Part shown: positions 48,072 to 57,291 of the stretch, piece by piece | How the letters are laid out: every line of letters begins with the position of its first letter | Position numbering within the stretch: the stretch's first letter is position 1 | NCBI GenBank assembly: GCA_963760795.1 | Contig: CAVXEP010000029.1 | Span: 320,001-384,000, forward strand | Source: an uncultured delta proteobacterium | GTDB lineage: Bacteria; Desulfobacterota; Binatia; UBA9968 | DNA: 64,000 bases | Direction: 5' to 3' | Program-made: the position numbers and the translations under genes | The notes under the pieces: generated by a model | The model's database searches: none | What the model was told of the DNA's origin: nothing | The model's input: only the letters and a program-made list of their open reading frames with translations

Positions 48072-48602
48072 ATGGCCGACGAAAAACCTCCCGCATTCGA
48101 AGAAACCAAATGGTGGATCGACCGCCGGGCGGTCAAGGAGCGCGACAAGTCCGCGGCTCCACCGGTCAGAGGCATCATCGAGAAATGGGCCGTCGACCTG
48201 CTAGAAAACTACAATCAGGACGAGGCGGCGAAGAATCTCGTCGATATCAACCTGAAAATTTTCAAGGAGCTCAAGGTCGAGCCTGGCCAGTGGGGCTACT
48301 ACTCTCTCGATATCGGCAAGTATCCGCCGGATAAATTGGAGAAGATCAAAGCGGCGCTGCCGCTACCGCCCGGAGCGCGCGGCATCGTCATCGATGCCGG
48401 CTACTCGGTGCGCGTCATGATCACCGCCGAGCCGGTGGGCGAGCGCTACGTCGACATCAATTTTGTCGATGCGCCGTCACTCGATTATTGGGTCAAAGCG
48501 CAGTTGATTGAAGAACGCGTGTTCGGCAACGTCGGCGAAGCGCTCAAGCGCATCCGTCCCGATTTACTGCGCTATATGACTCCATCTGAAGACTCCGTGT
48601 GA
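48072..48602 (+). CDS. Hypothetical protein
   Basis: 176-aa ORF with coding-like codon usage. Confidence 0.75.
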   Translation: MADEKPPAFEETKWWIDRRAVKERDKSAAPPVRGIIEKWAVDLLENYNQDEAAKNLVDINLKIFKELKVEPGQWGYYSLDIGKYPPDKLEKIKAALPLPPGARGIVIDAGYSVRVMITAEPVGERYVDINFVDAPSLDYWVKAQLIEERVFGNVGEALKRIRPDLLRYMTPSEDSV

Positions 48603-48744
48603 GGAGCTGCCGGACAGTGAGGCTGCGATCGGCTAGTTGCCGATCTGCCAAAGCCGATGATCGAGGATCGAAGATAGATCCTCCTCCCGCCCTTAGCGAA
48701 ATGTCCAATACAGTTTTTTGTCGGTAAGTTTGCCCGACCGCTTG

Positions 48745-48955
48745 CTAGTGGCAGCCGCAAGTATGTGGCGTGCCTGTGCAGGCGCCGCCATTTGGCGCGG
48801 TGTCGCCGGTGGCTGCCGGGGCGCTAAAGAATGGCAGTTGCTTATCGATCTTCTTGCTGTTGCATTTGGGACTGCTGATTTTTTTCCATGTCGATAAGAA
48901 AAATGGTCTAAAAATGCCGGTCGCAGCTGCGGCAGTTGTATTCGAAGACCGGCAT
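48745..48955 (-). pseudogene. FmdB-family zinc-ribbon protein pseudogene
   Basis: MPVFEYNCRSCDRHF* (in-frame stop), a frameshift, then SPKCNSKKIDKQL..F..GGAC..CGCH. Confidence 0.7.
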
Positions 48956-49006
48956 TTGTCTTCTCGCTTTGCTCGGAATCTCAAATTGTAAATTCCACAT
49001 CACACC

Positions 49007-50185
49007 CTAGGCATGTTTGGCTTTAGCCTTGGGGTTTTTGGCGGTGATGTGCAGGGGATTTTCTCTTGGGATCGGTACCAATGACGTCACTTCCAAACCG
49101 TAGCCGCGCAGACCGACGAGATGTTTCTTGTTGTTGGTCAGCAGACGCATCTTGCGCACGCCCAAGTCGCGCAGGATTTGCGCGCCGATGCCGTATTCCT
49201 TGAAATCCGCCTGATATACGAACGACGCATTCATGCCTTTTTGCTGCTTACCTTCGACTTTCGGATAGGCGACCATCGCCGGGTGATGCGCCTTTATTTT
49301 GGGCTGCAAATATAAGATCACACCTTTGCCCGCTTTGGCGATCAACTCCATGGAGCGCTGAATCACCGCGCCAGTGTTGAGCAGTTCGAAGCCGAAAACA
49401 TCGCCGGGGATATACTTGGTATGCACCCGCACCAGGGTTTCTTCATTGGGCGAAATCTGTCCCTTGATCAACGCCAGGTGCTCGCTTTCGTCGACATGGG
49501 TGTTGTAGACGATGGCTTGAAACTCGCCGCCAATGCGGGTCGGCAGCGGCGCCGATGCGGCTTTGTAGACCAGCGAGTCGTAGTTCAACCGGTGTTGGAT
49601 CAGATCGGCGTTGGTGACCACCTTGAGCTTGTGCTTTTTGGCGAAGCGCATGAGGTCGGGCTGGCGTGCCATGGTGCCGTCGTCTTTCATAATCTCGCAA
49701 ATCACGCCAGCGGGCTTGAGGCCGGCTAGGCGGGCGAGATCGACCGAGCCTTCGGTCTGGCCGGCGCGCACAAGCACGCCGCCGTTGCGCGCGCGCAACG
49801 GAAAGATATGACCAGGCGTCGCGAGATCCTGGGGCTTGGCGTCGTCAGCGATGGAGTCGAGAATCGTCTTGGCGCGGTCGGCGGCGGAAATCCCCGTGGT
49901 GATGCCCTGGGCCGAGTCGATGGAAACGGTGAAGGCGGTGCCAAACGGCGAAGTATTGTCCGACACCATCATGGCCAGTCCTAAATGGCGGACCCGTTCT
50001 TCAGTCAAGGTCAGGCAGATCAAACCGCGTCCATGGGTCGCCATGAAGTTGACCGCTTCGGGCGTGACCTTTTCGGCCGCCATGCACAGGTCCCCTTCGT
50101 TCTCACGGTCCTTGTCATCGGTGAGGATGACCATACGGCCGCGGCGAATCTCGTCAATCGCTTCTTCGATGGTCGCTAGTGGCAT
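49007..50185 (-). CDS. ribB: DHBP synthase fused to degenerate GTP cyclohydrolase II (RibBX-type)
   Basis: DRENEGDL, GLICL, TAFTVS, TGISAADR, PGHIFPL, CEIM; C-domain VRVHTKYIPGDVFGFELLNTG lacks the Zn-binding Cys residues. Confidence 0.9.
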   Translation of the reverse strand: MPLATIEEAIDEIRRGRMVILTDDKDRENEGDLCMAAEKVTPEAVNFMATHGRGLICLTLTEERVRHLGLAMMVSDNTSPFGTAFTVSIDSAQGITTGISAADRAKTILDSIADDAKPQDLATPGHIFPLRARNGGVLVRAGQTEGSVDLARLAGLKPAGVICEIMKDDGTMARQPDLMRFAKKHKLKVVTNADLIQHRLNYDSLVYKAASAPLPTRIGGEFQAIVYNTHVDESEHLALIKGQISPNEETLVRVHTKYIPGDVFGFELLNTGAVIQRSMELIAKAGKGVILYLQPKIKAHHPAMVAYPKVEGKQQKGMNASFVYQADFKEYGIGAQILRDLGVRKMRLLTNNKKHLVGLRGYGLEVTSLVPIPRENPLHITAKNPKAKAKHA

Positions 50186-50391
50186 GGCCGGTTAATTTAT
50201 CACCTTGCGTGGTGGGGTCAACCGGCCGGGAGACCAGACGGAGATAGAGAATTGAGACCGAGATCCGAAGATCGTGGCATAGCTGGGTTAACGACAATTA
50301 TTGCCGCGGCGCCGTTGCTATGAAATGGCGCCCCTTCGTGCAACGAATAGGTACTACGCTAGATTGGCTCGATCTGTGGCGGTTGATATTC

Positions 50392-50769
50392 ATGAGCGCG
50401 ATTTTTTTGGTGGGAACAGGCGGTTTTATTGGATCGATACGCACTACTTGATCTCTGGCTTGGTATTTCTACTTTTGGATAAGCCCTGGTTTCCGGGCTG
50501 GGACGTAAGCGGTTATCGTTCTCGGCTGCTTAGTCATCGGAATACTCGGCGGGATCGCTGAACAGCGGCGAATTTTCGCTCCCGAGTTCAGGTTATTCGT
50601 GTTCATCGGTATTCTCGGTGGCTTTACCACTTATTCCGCCTTTGCGGATGAAACTGCCTCTCTGGTCCATAATGGTCATGGCGCGGCAGCGTTACTGAAC
50701 ATCGCGCTAACGGTCATGGTGGCGCTATTCGCCGTCTGGCTGGGTGGTCTCCTGGCGCGATTTGCCTGA
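50392..50769 (+). pseudogene. crcB: Fluoride channel CrcB/FluC pseudogene
   Basis: LVGTGGFIGS, FP.GT*AV.VLGC..IG, GILGGFTTYSAF..E; two frameshifts plus an in-frame TAA. Confidence 0.85.
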
Positions 50770-50812
50770 CCTTTGACGGCCTGGCATCCGCTCAAGAATT
50801 TCTTAAAATTTT

Positions 50813-50841
50813 GGAACCTTGGGTAACTCTGGGACGTCTAA
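50813..50841 (+). promoter_or_regulatory. ECF (sigmaE-like) promoter
   Basis: GGAAC-N17-CGTCTAA. Confidence 0.7.
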
Positions 50842-50862
50842 CCAACTCAGGGGAGGTGTTTT

Positions 50863-51318
50863 ATGGGGAGAAAACCAGCGAAGGCTTCGACATCTAAAGA
50901 CATTCGTGAGCGCCAGCCATTCTGGGTCAAAGACAATAACGGGCCACGCATGCAGCTCGACGAGCGCGCGATGGCGATCTTTCAGCCGGATGTGCTGATC
51001 GAGAGCCAGTACTTAGCGACCCAGACACGCCGGATACACTTGGATGCCGAGCGGGTTTTGATGTTCGCCGTGCTGCGCGATGCGGTTAGCTGTTTTCAAG
51101 ATAACGTCGGCTCGAGTTGTAAGCGTAAGCAGGCGATGCACCGCGATGCCGAGGAATGGATCCTCGACAAAGACCGATCCCATTTATTTTCCTTCGACAA
51201 TGTTTGTGAAATTCTTGGTCTAGATCCGGAATATATGCGTGCTGGGTTGCTGCGCTGGAAGGAAGCCGCGCTTCACGGGCGACCACTCAAAGTGCGGGCT
51301 CAGTCGCTCGCCGGCTAA
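50863..51318 (+). CDS. Hypothetical protein, paralog of 60132-60512
   Basis: GGAGGT RBS; QPDVLIESQY..LMFAVLRDAV.C..A.EWI..FSF.NVCEILGLDPEYMR. Confidence 0.85.
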   Translation: MGRKPAKASTSKDIRERQPFWVKDNNGPRMQLDERAMAIFQPDVLIESQYLATQTRRIHLDAERVLMFAVLRDAVSCFQDNVGSSCKRKQAMHRDAEEWILDKDRSHLFSFDNVCEILGLDPEYMRAGLLRWKEAALHGRPLKVRAQSLAG

Positions 51319-51355
51319 CCGTGCTATCGACGCGGACCTATGGGCAACATCAAAT

Positions 51356-51383
51356 GGAACCAATCGTCTGTGGCCGCGTCTAA
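51356..51383 (+). promoter_or_regulatory. ECF (sigmaE-like) promoter of degP
   Basis: GGAAC-N16-CGTCTAA. Confidence 0.75.
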
Positions 51384-51407
51384 TGTCAGCAGAGGAAGAA
51401 AAAAACT

Positions 51408-52880
51408 ATGTCTCGGTCCTCAGACCAGCAGTCAACTCGTTCAAGAATGACCCCCTTCGTTGGTGCTTGTGCGATCGCCGTCTTGGCAGGCATGGCGGGA
51501 TTAAGCATCATCGAGCAGTATAATGGTGGTCGCCAGCCGGCCCATGCCGCAAGCAGCCCGATTGCGACGGCGCAGGGTTTACCGGACTTCATCAGCTTGG
51601 CTAAGAAACTGGGACCTTCGGTTGTAAATGTCTCGACCAGCAGAATCCGCGGCGCGGCGGAGGAAGCACCCTCACCTTTTGGTGGCAACGATCCCGGGGA
51701 AGAGTTCTGGAAGCGATTCTTTGGCGGGCGCACCCCCCGTGGGCCGCAGCGCCAGAGTGGCGTCGGTTCGGGCTTCATCGTCGATGGCAACGGCACGATC
51801 TTAACCAACTACCATGTCGTCGACGGCGCGCAGAAACTTTCCGTGACACTGTCTGACGGCAAGAACTATGACGCGAAAGTAATCGGTAAGGACCAGAAGA
51901 GCGACATCGCGGTGATCAAGATCGAAGCTGGTCGCGACTTACCCGCGGCAGCTCTGGGCGACTCGGACCGGCTCGAAGTCGGCGAGTGGGTCATGGCGAT
52001 CGGCAATCCGTTCGGCCTCGACCACACGGTTACTTCCGGTATCGTCAGCGCCAAGGGGCGCAATATCGGCCAAGGGCCGTACGACAACTTTATTCAGACT
52101 GATGCTTCGATCAATCCAGGTAACTCGGGCGGCCCGTTGCTCAATCTACGCGGCGAAGTCGTGGGCATCAACACCGCGATCTTTAGCCAGTCCGGCGGCA
52201 ATATCGGCATCGGCTTTGCCATCCCTTCCAACTCCATCAAAGAACTGTTGCCGCAGTTACGCGACAAGGGCAAAGTCGTGCGTGGCTTCATTGGTGTGTC
52301 GGTGCAAAAGGTCACCCCAGAAATTGCCGAATCCTTGGGTATCAATCCAGCGCGTGGCGCCTTGGTCGGCGACCTGGTCAAAGGGGGACCGGCAGAGCGT
52401 GCCGGGGTGAAAACCGGCGATGTCATCATTGAGTTCGACCGCCGGCCGATCAAAGACTCCGCCGACCTGCCGCAGCAAGTGGCGCGAGTGGCGCCGGGTG
52501 CAGCGGTGCAAATCAAAGTGATTCGCGATGGCAGGGAAACCGCAATGCCGCTGACCATCGGCGAGATGAAGGAAGCCGAAGTCACTGCTGCCGCGCAGGA
52601 GGGTGAACTCGGCTTGACCGTTCAACCGCTGACTCCGCAATTGGCTGAAACCCTCGGTTTAGAGAGGGGCACCGGCTTGGTCATTTCGGCAGTGAAGCCG
52701 GGGAGCGCCGCGGAAGATGCGGGCTTACGCTCCGGTGACTTGCTGGTCGAGATCAATCGCCGGCCGGTGAAAAATCTCGCCGACTACAACCGGGAGATCG
52801 CCGGCAACGATAAAGCTAAATCAGTCCTGTTTTTGGTGCGCCGCGGTCAGAGTAGTTTGTTCCTGGCATTGAAGCGCTGA
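51408..52880 (+). CDS. degP: HtrA/DegP serine protease with two PDZ domains
   Basis: GSGFI, TNYHVV, SDIAV, AIGNPFGL, QTDASINPGNSGGPL. Confidence 0.93.
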   Translation: MSRSSDQQSTRSRMTPFVGACAIAVLAGMAGLSIIEQYNGGRQPAHAASSPIATAQGLPDFISLAKKLGPSVVNVSTSRIRGAAEEAPSPFGGNDPGEEFWKRFFGGRTPRGPQRQSGVGSGFIVDGNGTILTNYHVVDGAQKLSVTLSDGKNYDAKVIGKDQKSDIAVIKIEAGRDLPAAALGDSDRLEVGEWVMAIGNPFGLDHTVTSGIVSAKGRNIGQGPYDNFIQTDASINPGNSGGPLLNLRGEVVGINTAIFSQSGGNIGIGFAIPSNSIKELLPQLRDKGKVVRGFIGVSVQKVTPEIAESLGINPARGALVGDLVKGGPAERAGVKTGDVIIEFDRRPIKDSADLPQQVARVAPGAAVQIKVIRDGRETAMPLTIGEMKEAEVTAAAQEGELGLTVQPLTPQLAETLGLERGTGLVISAVKPGSAAEDAGLRSGDLLVEINRRPVKNLADYNREIAGNDKAKSVLFLVRRGQSSLFLALKR

Positions 52881-52895
52881 CCCCAACGGCGGGTG

Positions 52896-52951
52896 AAAAC
52901 CGCTCAGCTTGCCATGCCTCCCAGCAGCCTCCCGGCAAGTGAGCGGTTTTT
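52896..52951 (+). terminator. Intrinsic terminator-like hairpin
   Basis: AAAACCGCTCA-g-CTTGCC-20 nt loop-GGCAAG-TGAGCGGTTTT, then T-rich. Confidence 0.75.
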
Positions 52952-53194
52952 AACTTTTTCCCTCATAGTTCTTGCAACAGTTAAAGCGTCGTTCCAAGTC
53001 CATTTGATCTAGCTCTGGCGCGGCCGTCGACCGCCAGTTGCGGCGTCCCCCGGCGTCCAGTCACGCCCTGTCGTTCTGGGAGCCCTAAATGCTGCGCGAT
53101 GAATATGCCGTTTTGTGGATTGAGCAGCTAGCGAGAATCGTCTAATATCCGCCACTGCAGATAGCCGGATTAGGGTTCATGCGAGGTCTCCTAA

Positions 53195-54262
53195 ATGGGT
53201 CAGGGATTGGCAACGATCAAACGTTTCACTTGGCATGTCGGATTGCGCAACTTACTGGTTCAGCCATTGGCGCTGCTCTCGCTGCCTCTTATTATTGTCA
53301 GCACCGCGTTCGCCCAGGTTAATCCTTATCTCGCCCGTCCCAGCGAACGGCCCATGAGCATCCGTATCGCGACTTGTGCTGTGTCCGGTGGGTTCGCCCA
53401 TCTCTACACCGCGCTGGAAAACGATCTTTTCGACAAATACGGATTCAAAGTGGAGCATGTGTTTATCCGCGGCAGTAGGCCGGCGCTGGCCGCTCTGATG
53501 GCCGACGAGATCCAATTTCTCTACTGCGCCGCCGATGCGACGCTGCCATCGCTGGCGGCCGGCATCGACGTTAAATTGATTGCCGCGCCTCTAGTTAAAC
53601 TGCCCTACGTCTTGGTCACCCGCAAGGAGATCCGCCGCATGGAGGATCTCAAAGGCAAGGCGCTGGGCGTGGCAAGGGCCGGCGATTTGAGCGACCGGTT
53701 GTCCCGTGCCATGGTCAAGCGTTTTAACGTTGCGGACGTGTTGATGCGACCTGTCGGCGGCAGTCAAAATGAGCGTTACCAGGCGTTAGTGGCGAACCTG
53801 GTGCAAGGCGTCGTCATCACTCCGCCCATCGATGTGCGCGCTAAAAACGAGGGTTACAACGTGCTGTACCGCCTGATCGACATGGACTTTCCATTTATTT
53901 ACAGTTCCTTACATGCGACCGCGCGCACCGTGCGCGACCGGCCCGAAATGGTCCAGCGCATGGTCGCGGCATTTGCCGAAGCGATTCACTACGTCGATAA
54001 GAATCCGATCAAAACTAAATCTGCCATCGCTAAAATCATGCGTACGAAAGACAACGAAGCTTTACAGGTGTCGTACAACGTCTATACCAAAGACATCGTC
54101 GATCGGCGCATGATCGTGCCGGGGCAAGCTGTGAACGACTCACTTGAACTCTATCGTTCGTTGGGCATGCCGATTAAACGTAAGGCCGAGGACATTTACG
54201 ATAACAGCTTCGTCAGTCACTTGGAGAAAAGCGGTTTTCAGAGAGAGCTTTGGGGCCGATAA
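53195..54262 (+). CDS. NMT1/THI5-like ABC substrate-binding protein
   Basis: Signal peptide; LFDKYG, DLKGK.LG, VITPP, YDNSFV.HLEKSGF..ELWG. Confidence 0.85.
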   Translation: MGQGLATIKRFTWHVGLRNLLVQPLALLSLPLIIVSTAFAQVNPYLARPSERPMSIRIATCAVSGGFAHLYTALENDLFDKYGFKVEHVFIRGSRPALAALMADEIQFLYCAADATLPSLAAGIDVKLIAAPLVKLPYVLVTRKEIRRMEDLKGKALGVARAGDLSDRLSRAMVKRFNVADVLMRPVGGSQNERYQALVANLVQGVVITPPIDVRAKNEGYNVLYRLIDMDFPFIYSSLHATARTVRDRPEMVQRMVAAFAEAIHYVDKNPIKTKSAIAKIMRTKDNEALQVSYNVYTKDIVDRRMIVPGQAVNDSLELYRSLGMPIKRKAEDIYDNSFVSHLEKSGFQRELWGR

Positions 54263-54280
54263 GGCGGTAAGGAGTAAGGC

Positions 54281-55321
54281 GTGAGGAGCAAGTTGCGAGA
54301 CGAAATTTTCTGTTCCGCCAAGTATCGTTTCCTAATTTTGGCGGTTTCGCTCTGTTCCTGGTTTGAGATCGCCCACTCTAATCCTTACATCGCCAAGCCC
54401 GGCGAAGCGCCGCTTCGTCTGCGGATTGCAACCTGTTCGGTCACCGGCGGATTCGTGCATCTTTACACGGCCCTGGAAAACAATCTTTTCGACAAATACG
54501 GTTTCAAGCTCGAACATATCTACATCCGCGGTACCGGACCGTCATTGGCAGCCCTGTTGGCCGATGAGATTCAGTTTCTCTATTGCGCCGCGGAGGCGAC
54601 GATCCCCGCTCTGGTCAGCGGCATCGACGCCAAGATTGTCGCTGCGCCATTGGTGAAGATGCCCTTTGTTCTAGTCACCCAGAAAGAGATACGCCGGCTC
54701 GAAGATCTCCGCGGTAAGTCCCTCGGCATCGTGCGTCCCGGCGACCTCAGCGATCGGCTCTCGCGCCAGCTGGTCAAGCGTTTCAATGTCGCGGATGTCA
54801 CCATGCGTCCCATCGGCGGCAGTCAATCGGAACGCTACCAAGCGATGGCGGCGAACTTGGTTCAAGGCGTCGTGATTACGCCGCCCCTCGACGTTCGAGC
54901 AAAAAACGACGGCTACAATGTTGTGTATCGTTTGATCGACATGGATTTGCCGTTTGTTTATAGCTCTCTGCATACCAGCTCGCGGATGATTCGCGAGCGC
55001 GGCGAGGTGGTGCAACGGATGGTTGCCGCATTTGCCGAAGCGGTGCAGTTTGCCGAGAGGAACCCGGCGAAATCCAAAGCGGCAATGGCTAAAGTGATGC
55101 AAACCAAAGACGAAGAAGCGCTCAACGTTTCTTATAATGTCTACGCCAAAGAAATCGTCGACCGGCGCATGATGGTGCCAAGCCACGCGGTCAGCGAGTC
55201 GGTTGAACTCCACCGGGCTTCCGGCTTGCCGGTGAAACGAAAGGCGGAAGATATTTTCGATAACACTTTCGTCCTTAACCTAGAGAAGAGCGGGTTTCAG
55301 AAAGAGCTGTGGGGCAGATAA
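54281..55321 (+). CDS. NMT1/THI5-like ABC substrate-binding protein (tandem paralog)
   Basis: Colinear, high similarity to 53195-54262. Confidence 0.85.
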   Translation: MRSKLRDEIFCSAKYRFLILAVSLCSWFEIAHSNPYIAKPGEAPLRLRIATCSVTGGFVHLYTALENNLFDKYGFKLEHIYIRGTGPSLAALLADEIQFLYCAAEATIPALVSGIDAKIVAAPLVKMPFVLVTQKEIRRLEDLRGKSLGIVRPGDLSDRLSRQLVKRFNVADVTMRPIGGSQSERYQAMAANLVQGVVITPPLDVRAKNDGYNVVYRLIDMDLPFVYSSLHTSSRMIRERGEVVQRMVAAFAEAVQFAERNPAKSKAAMAKVMQTKDEEALNVSYNVYAKEIVDRRMMVPSHAVSESVELHRASGLPVKRKAEDIFDNTFVLNLEKSGFQKELWGR

Positions 55322-55373
55322 GATGGTAAGGGGTAAGGGGTAAGACATAAGTTCGCCTTTTGCCACATTCAAA

Positions 55374-55604
55374 TTGCTGCTGAAATATATACTGGTCCTA
55401 CTCGCGACTTCGAATTTCTGGATTGGTCTTGCCCACGCTAATCCTTATCTTGCCAAGCCGGGGGAAGCGCCGATTCGATTGCGCATCGCCACTTGCGCGG
55501 TCTCTGGCGGCTTCATGCATCTCTACGCGGCGCTGGAGAAAGGGCTGTTCAACAAATACGGTATCACCTTCGAGCATATCCATATCCAAGCTTCGGCACG
55601 GTGA
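55374..55604 (+). pseudogene. Truncated third substrate-binding protein copy
   Basis: NPYLAKPGEAPIRLRIATCAVSGGFMHLY..LFNKYGITFEHIHI, then similarity stops. Confidence 0.8.
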
Positions 55605-55774
55605 GCGATTTTTCAGCCGCAACAATCTCTCGCGATTCATTCGAGTCCGCTAAAATAAGATTTCTCTCGCTGGTCGAAATGACAATCTGATTTTCTGTTC
55701 GCAGCTTGTCTTAATATTCTTCATTTGTTAGTCCTGCCACTGATTCGCACTTCAATCTGGGAAAGGCACGGGCA

Positions 55775-57217
55775 ATGAAAACACTTATCCAAGGCGGCTG
55801 GGTCGTCGGCTTCGACGGCAACGAACATGAAATCATCAAAGAGGGCGTCGTCGTTTACGACGGCAACCTCGTCGAGTTCGTCGGCAAAGAATATTCGCAA
55901 GCGGTCGACAAAAAGATCGACGCCAAGGGCTGTTTGGTTTCGCCTGGATTCATCGACACCCACTTTCACTCCGGCATCAACGCCAGTGACTACATTCTTG
56001 CCGACTCGACTAAGACGGACTTCTTCGCGTCGAATTATCTCGCTCATGGCGGGCCGACCCGCGAGGGCGCGCACTCGGCGCATCTAAAAGATGTCGACAT
56101 TGGTCAGCGGTTTTCAATGATTCACGTTCTGAAAAGCGGTGTGACCACGACCTTCGACATTGGCGGCGCCGGCGGCGAGCCGGCGCGCTATGTTGACATG
56201 ATTGATCAGGTCGGCATTCGCTGCGTCGCCGGGCCGAGCTACAAGAATGTCGCCTTCTTTCACGATAAAGACGGCCGGTTGGAATACGATTGGAACGACG
56301 AACGCGGAAGCAAAGGATTACAAACCGCCGTCGATTTCGCCAAGAAATACAATGGCGCGTGCAGTGGTCGCATGACTGCGATGTTGTTTCCCGGCCATGT
56401 CGACTCGTGCACACCGGCGTTGCTGAAGGAAACCAAAACCGCCGCTAAGGATGCCGGCGTCGGCATTCAGATTCATGCGACGATCAATCTGTTCGAGTTT
56501 CACACGGTCATGCAGCGCGAACGTTGCACCCCCATCGAGCTATTAAAAAAAATCGGCTTCCTCGCGCCTGAAGTTTCATTGTCGCACTGCATCTTTGTCA
56601 GCGGCCATAGCTGGCTCGCCTATCCCTACGGCGACGATCTTAAAATTATCGCCGACTCCGGCGCGTCGGTGGCCTATAGCCCGCTCAAATATTTAAAGTT
56701 GGGTATTCTCATGGAATCCTTCGACCGTTACCGCCAGGCCGGTATCAACATGGGCATCGGCACAGACACTTTCCCCAAAGACATTCTCTCCGACATGCGC
56801 TACGCCGGCATCGCCTCGCGCATCGCCGACAAGAGCTTTCTCGCCGGTCAGCCGCGAGATGTCTTCAATTCCATCACCCTCGGCGGCGCCAAGATGATCG
56901 GCCGCGACGACATCGGCCGGCTAGCCAAGGGCGCCAAGGCCGACATCGCCATTGTCAATCTGCGCGACATTGCCTTCGGCGCCGTGCACGATCCGATCCG
57001 TTCGTTGATGGAAACCGCCGTTAGTCGCGACGTGCGCACGGTCATCGTCGACGGCAAAATCCTGGTCGACAACGGCATATTTCTGCGCCTAGACGAACAG
57101 GAGCTGCTCGACAAAGTTCAGACCAAGGGCGAACAGGTCTGGGACAGCGTCGCTAAATGGCACTGGACCGGCAAACCGATCGACGAAGTCGTGCCGCCGA
57201 GTTTTCGGATGAAGTAA
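55775..57217 (+). CDS. Metal-dependent amidohydrolase (chlorohydrolase/deaminase subtype)
   Basis: PGFIDTHFH, QIHA, SHC, GIGTD, IGRL..GAKADI. Confidence 0.88.
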   Translation: MKTLIQGGWVVGFDGNEHEIIKEGVVVYDGNLVEFVGKEYSQAVDKKIDAKGCLVSPGFIDTHFHSGINASDYILADSTKTDFFASNYLAHGGPTREGAHSAHLKDVDIGQRFSMIHVLKSGVTTTFDIGGAGGEPARYVDMIDQVGIRCVAGPSYKNVAFFHDKDGRLEYDWNDERGSKGLQTAVDFAKKYNGACSGRMTAMLFPGHVDSCTPALLKETKTAAKDAGVGIQIHATINLFEFHTVMQRERCTPIELLKKIGFLAPEVSLSHCIFVSGHSWLAYPYGDDLKIIADSGASVAYSPLKYLKLGILMESFDRYRQAGINMGIGTDTFPKDILSDMRYAGIASRIADKSFLAGQPRDVFNSITLGGAKMIGRDDIGRLAKGAKADIAIVNLRDIAFGAVHDPIRSLMETAVSRDVRTVIVDGKILVDNGIFLRLDEQELLDKVQTKGEQVWDSVAKWHWTGKPIDEVVPPSFRMK

Positions 57218-57291
57218 TAGCCTGCGAGAGCGGGCTTATCGGAGCTATCAAATCTGTTGCACGAATCCCAGTGCGAGGAATTCAGCATTGT

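Noticed and set aside
50200-50391. Fluoride riboswitch upstream of crcB or FMN riboswitch upstream of ribB
   Set aside because: Neither consensus is visible on the relevant strand.
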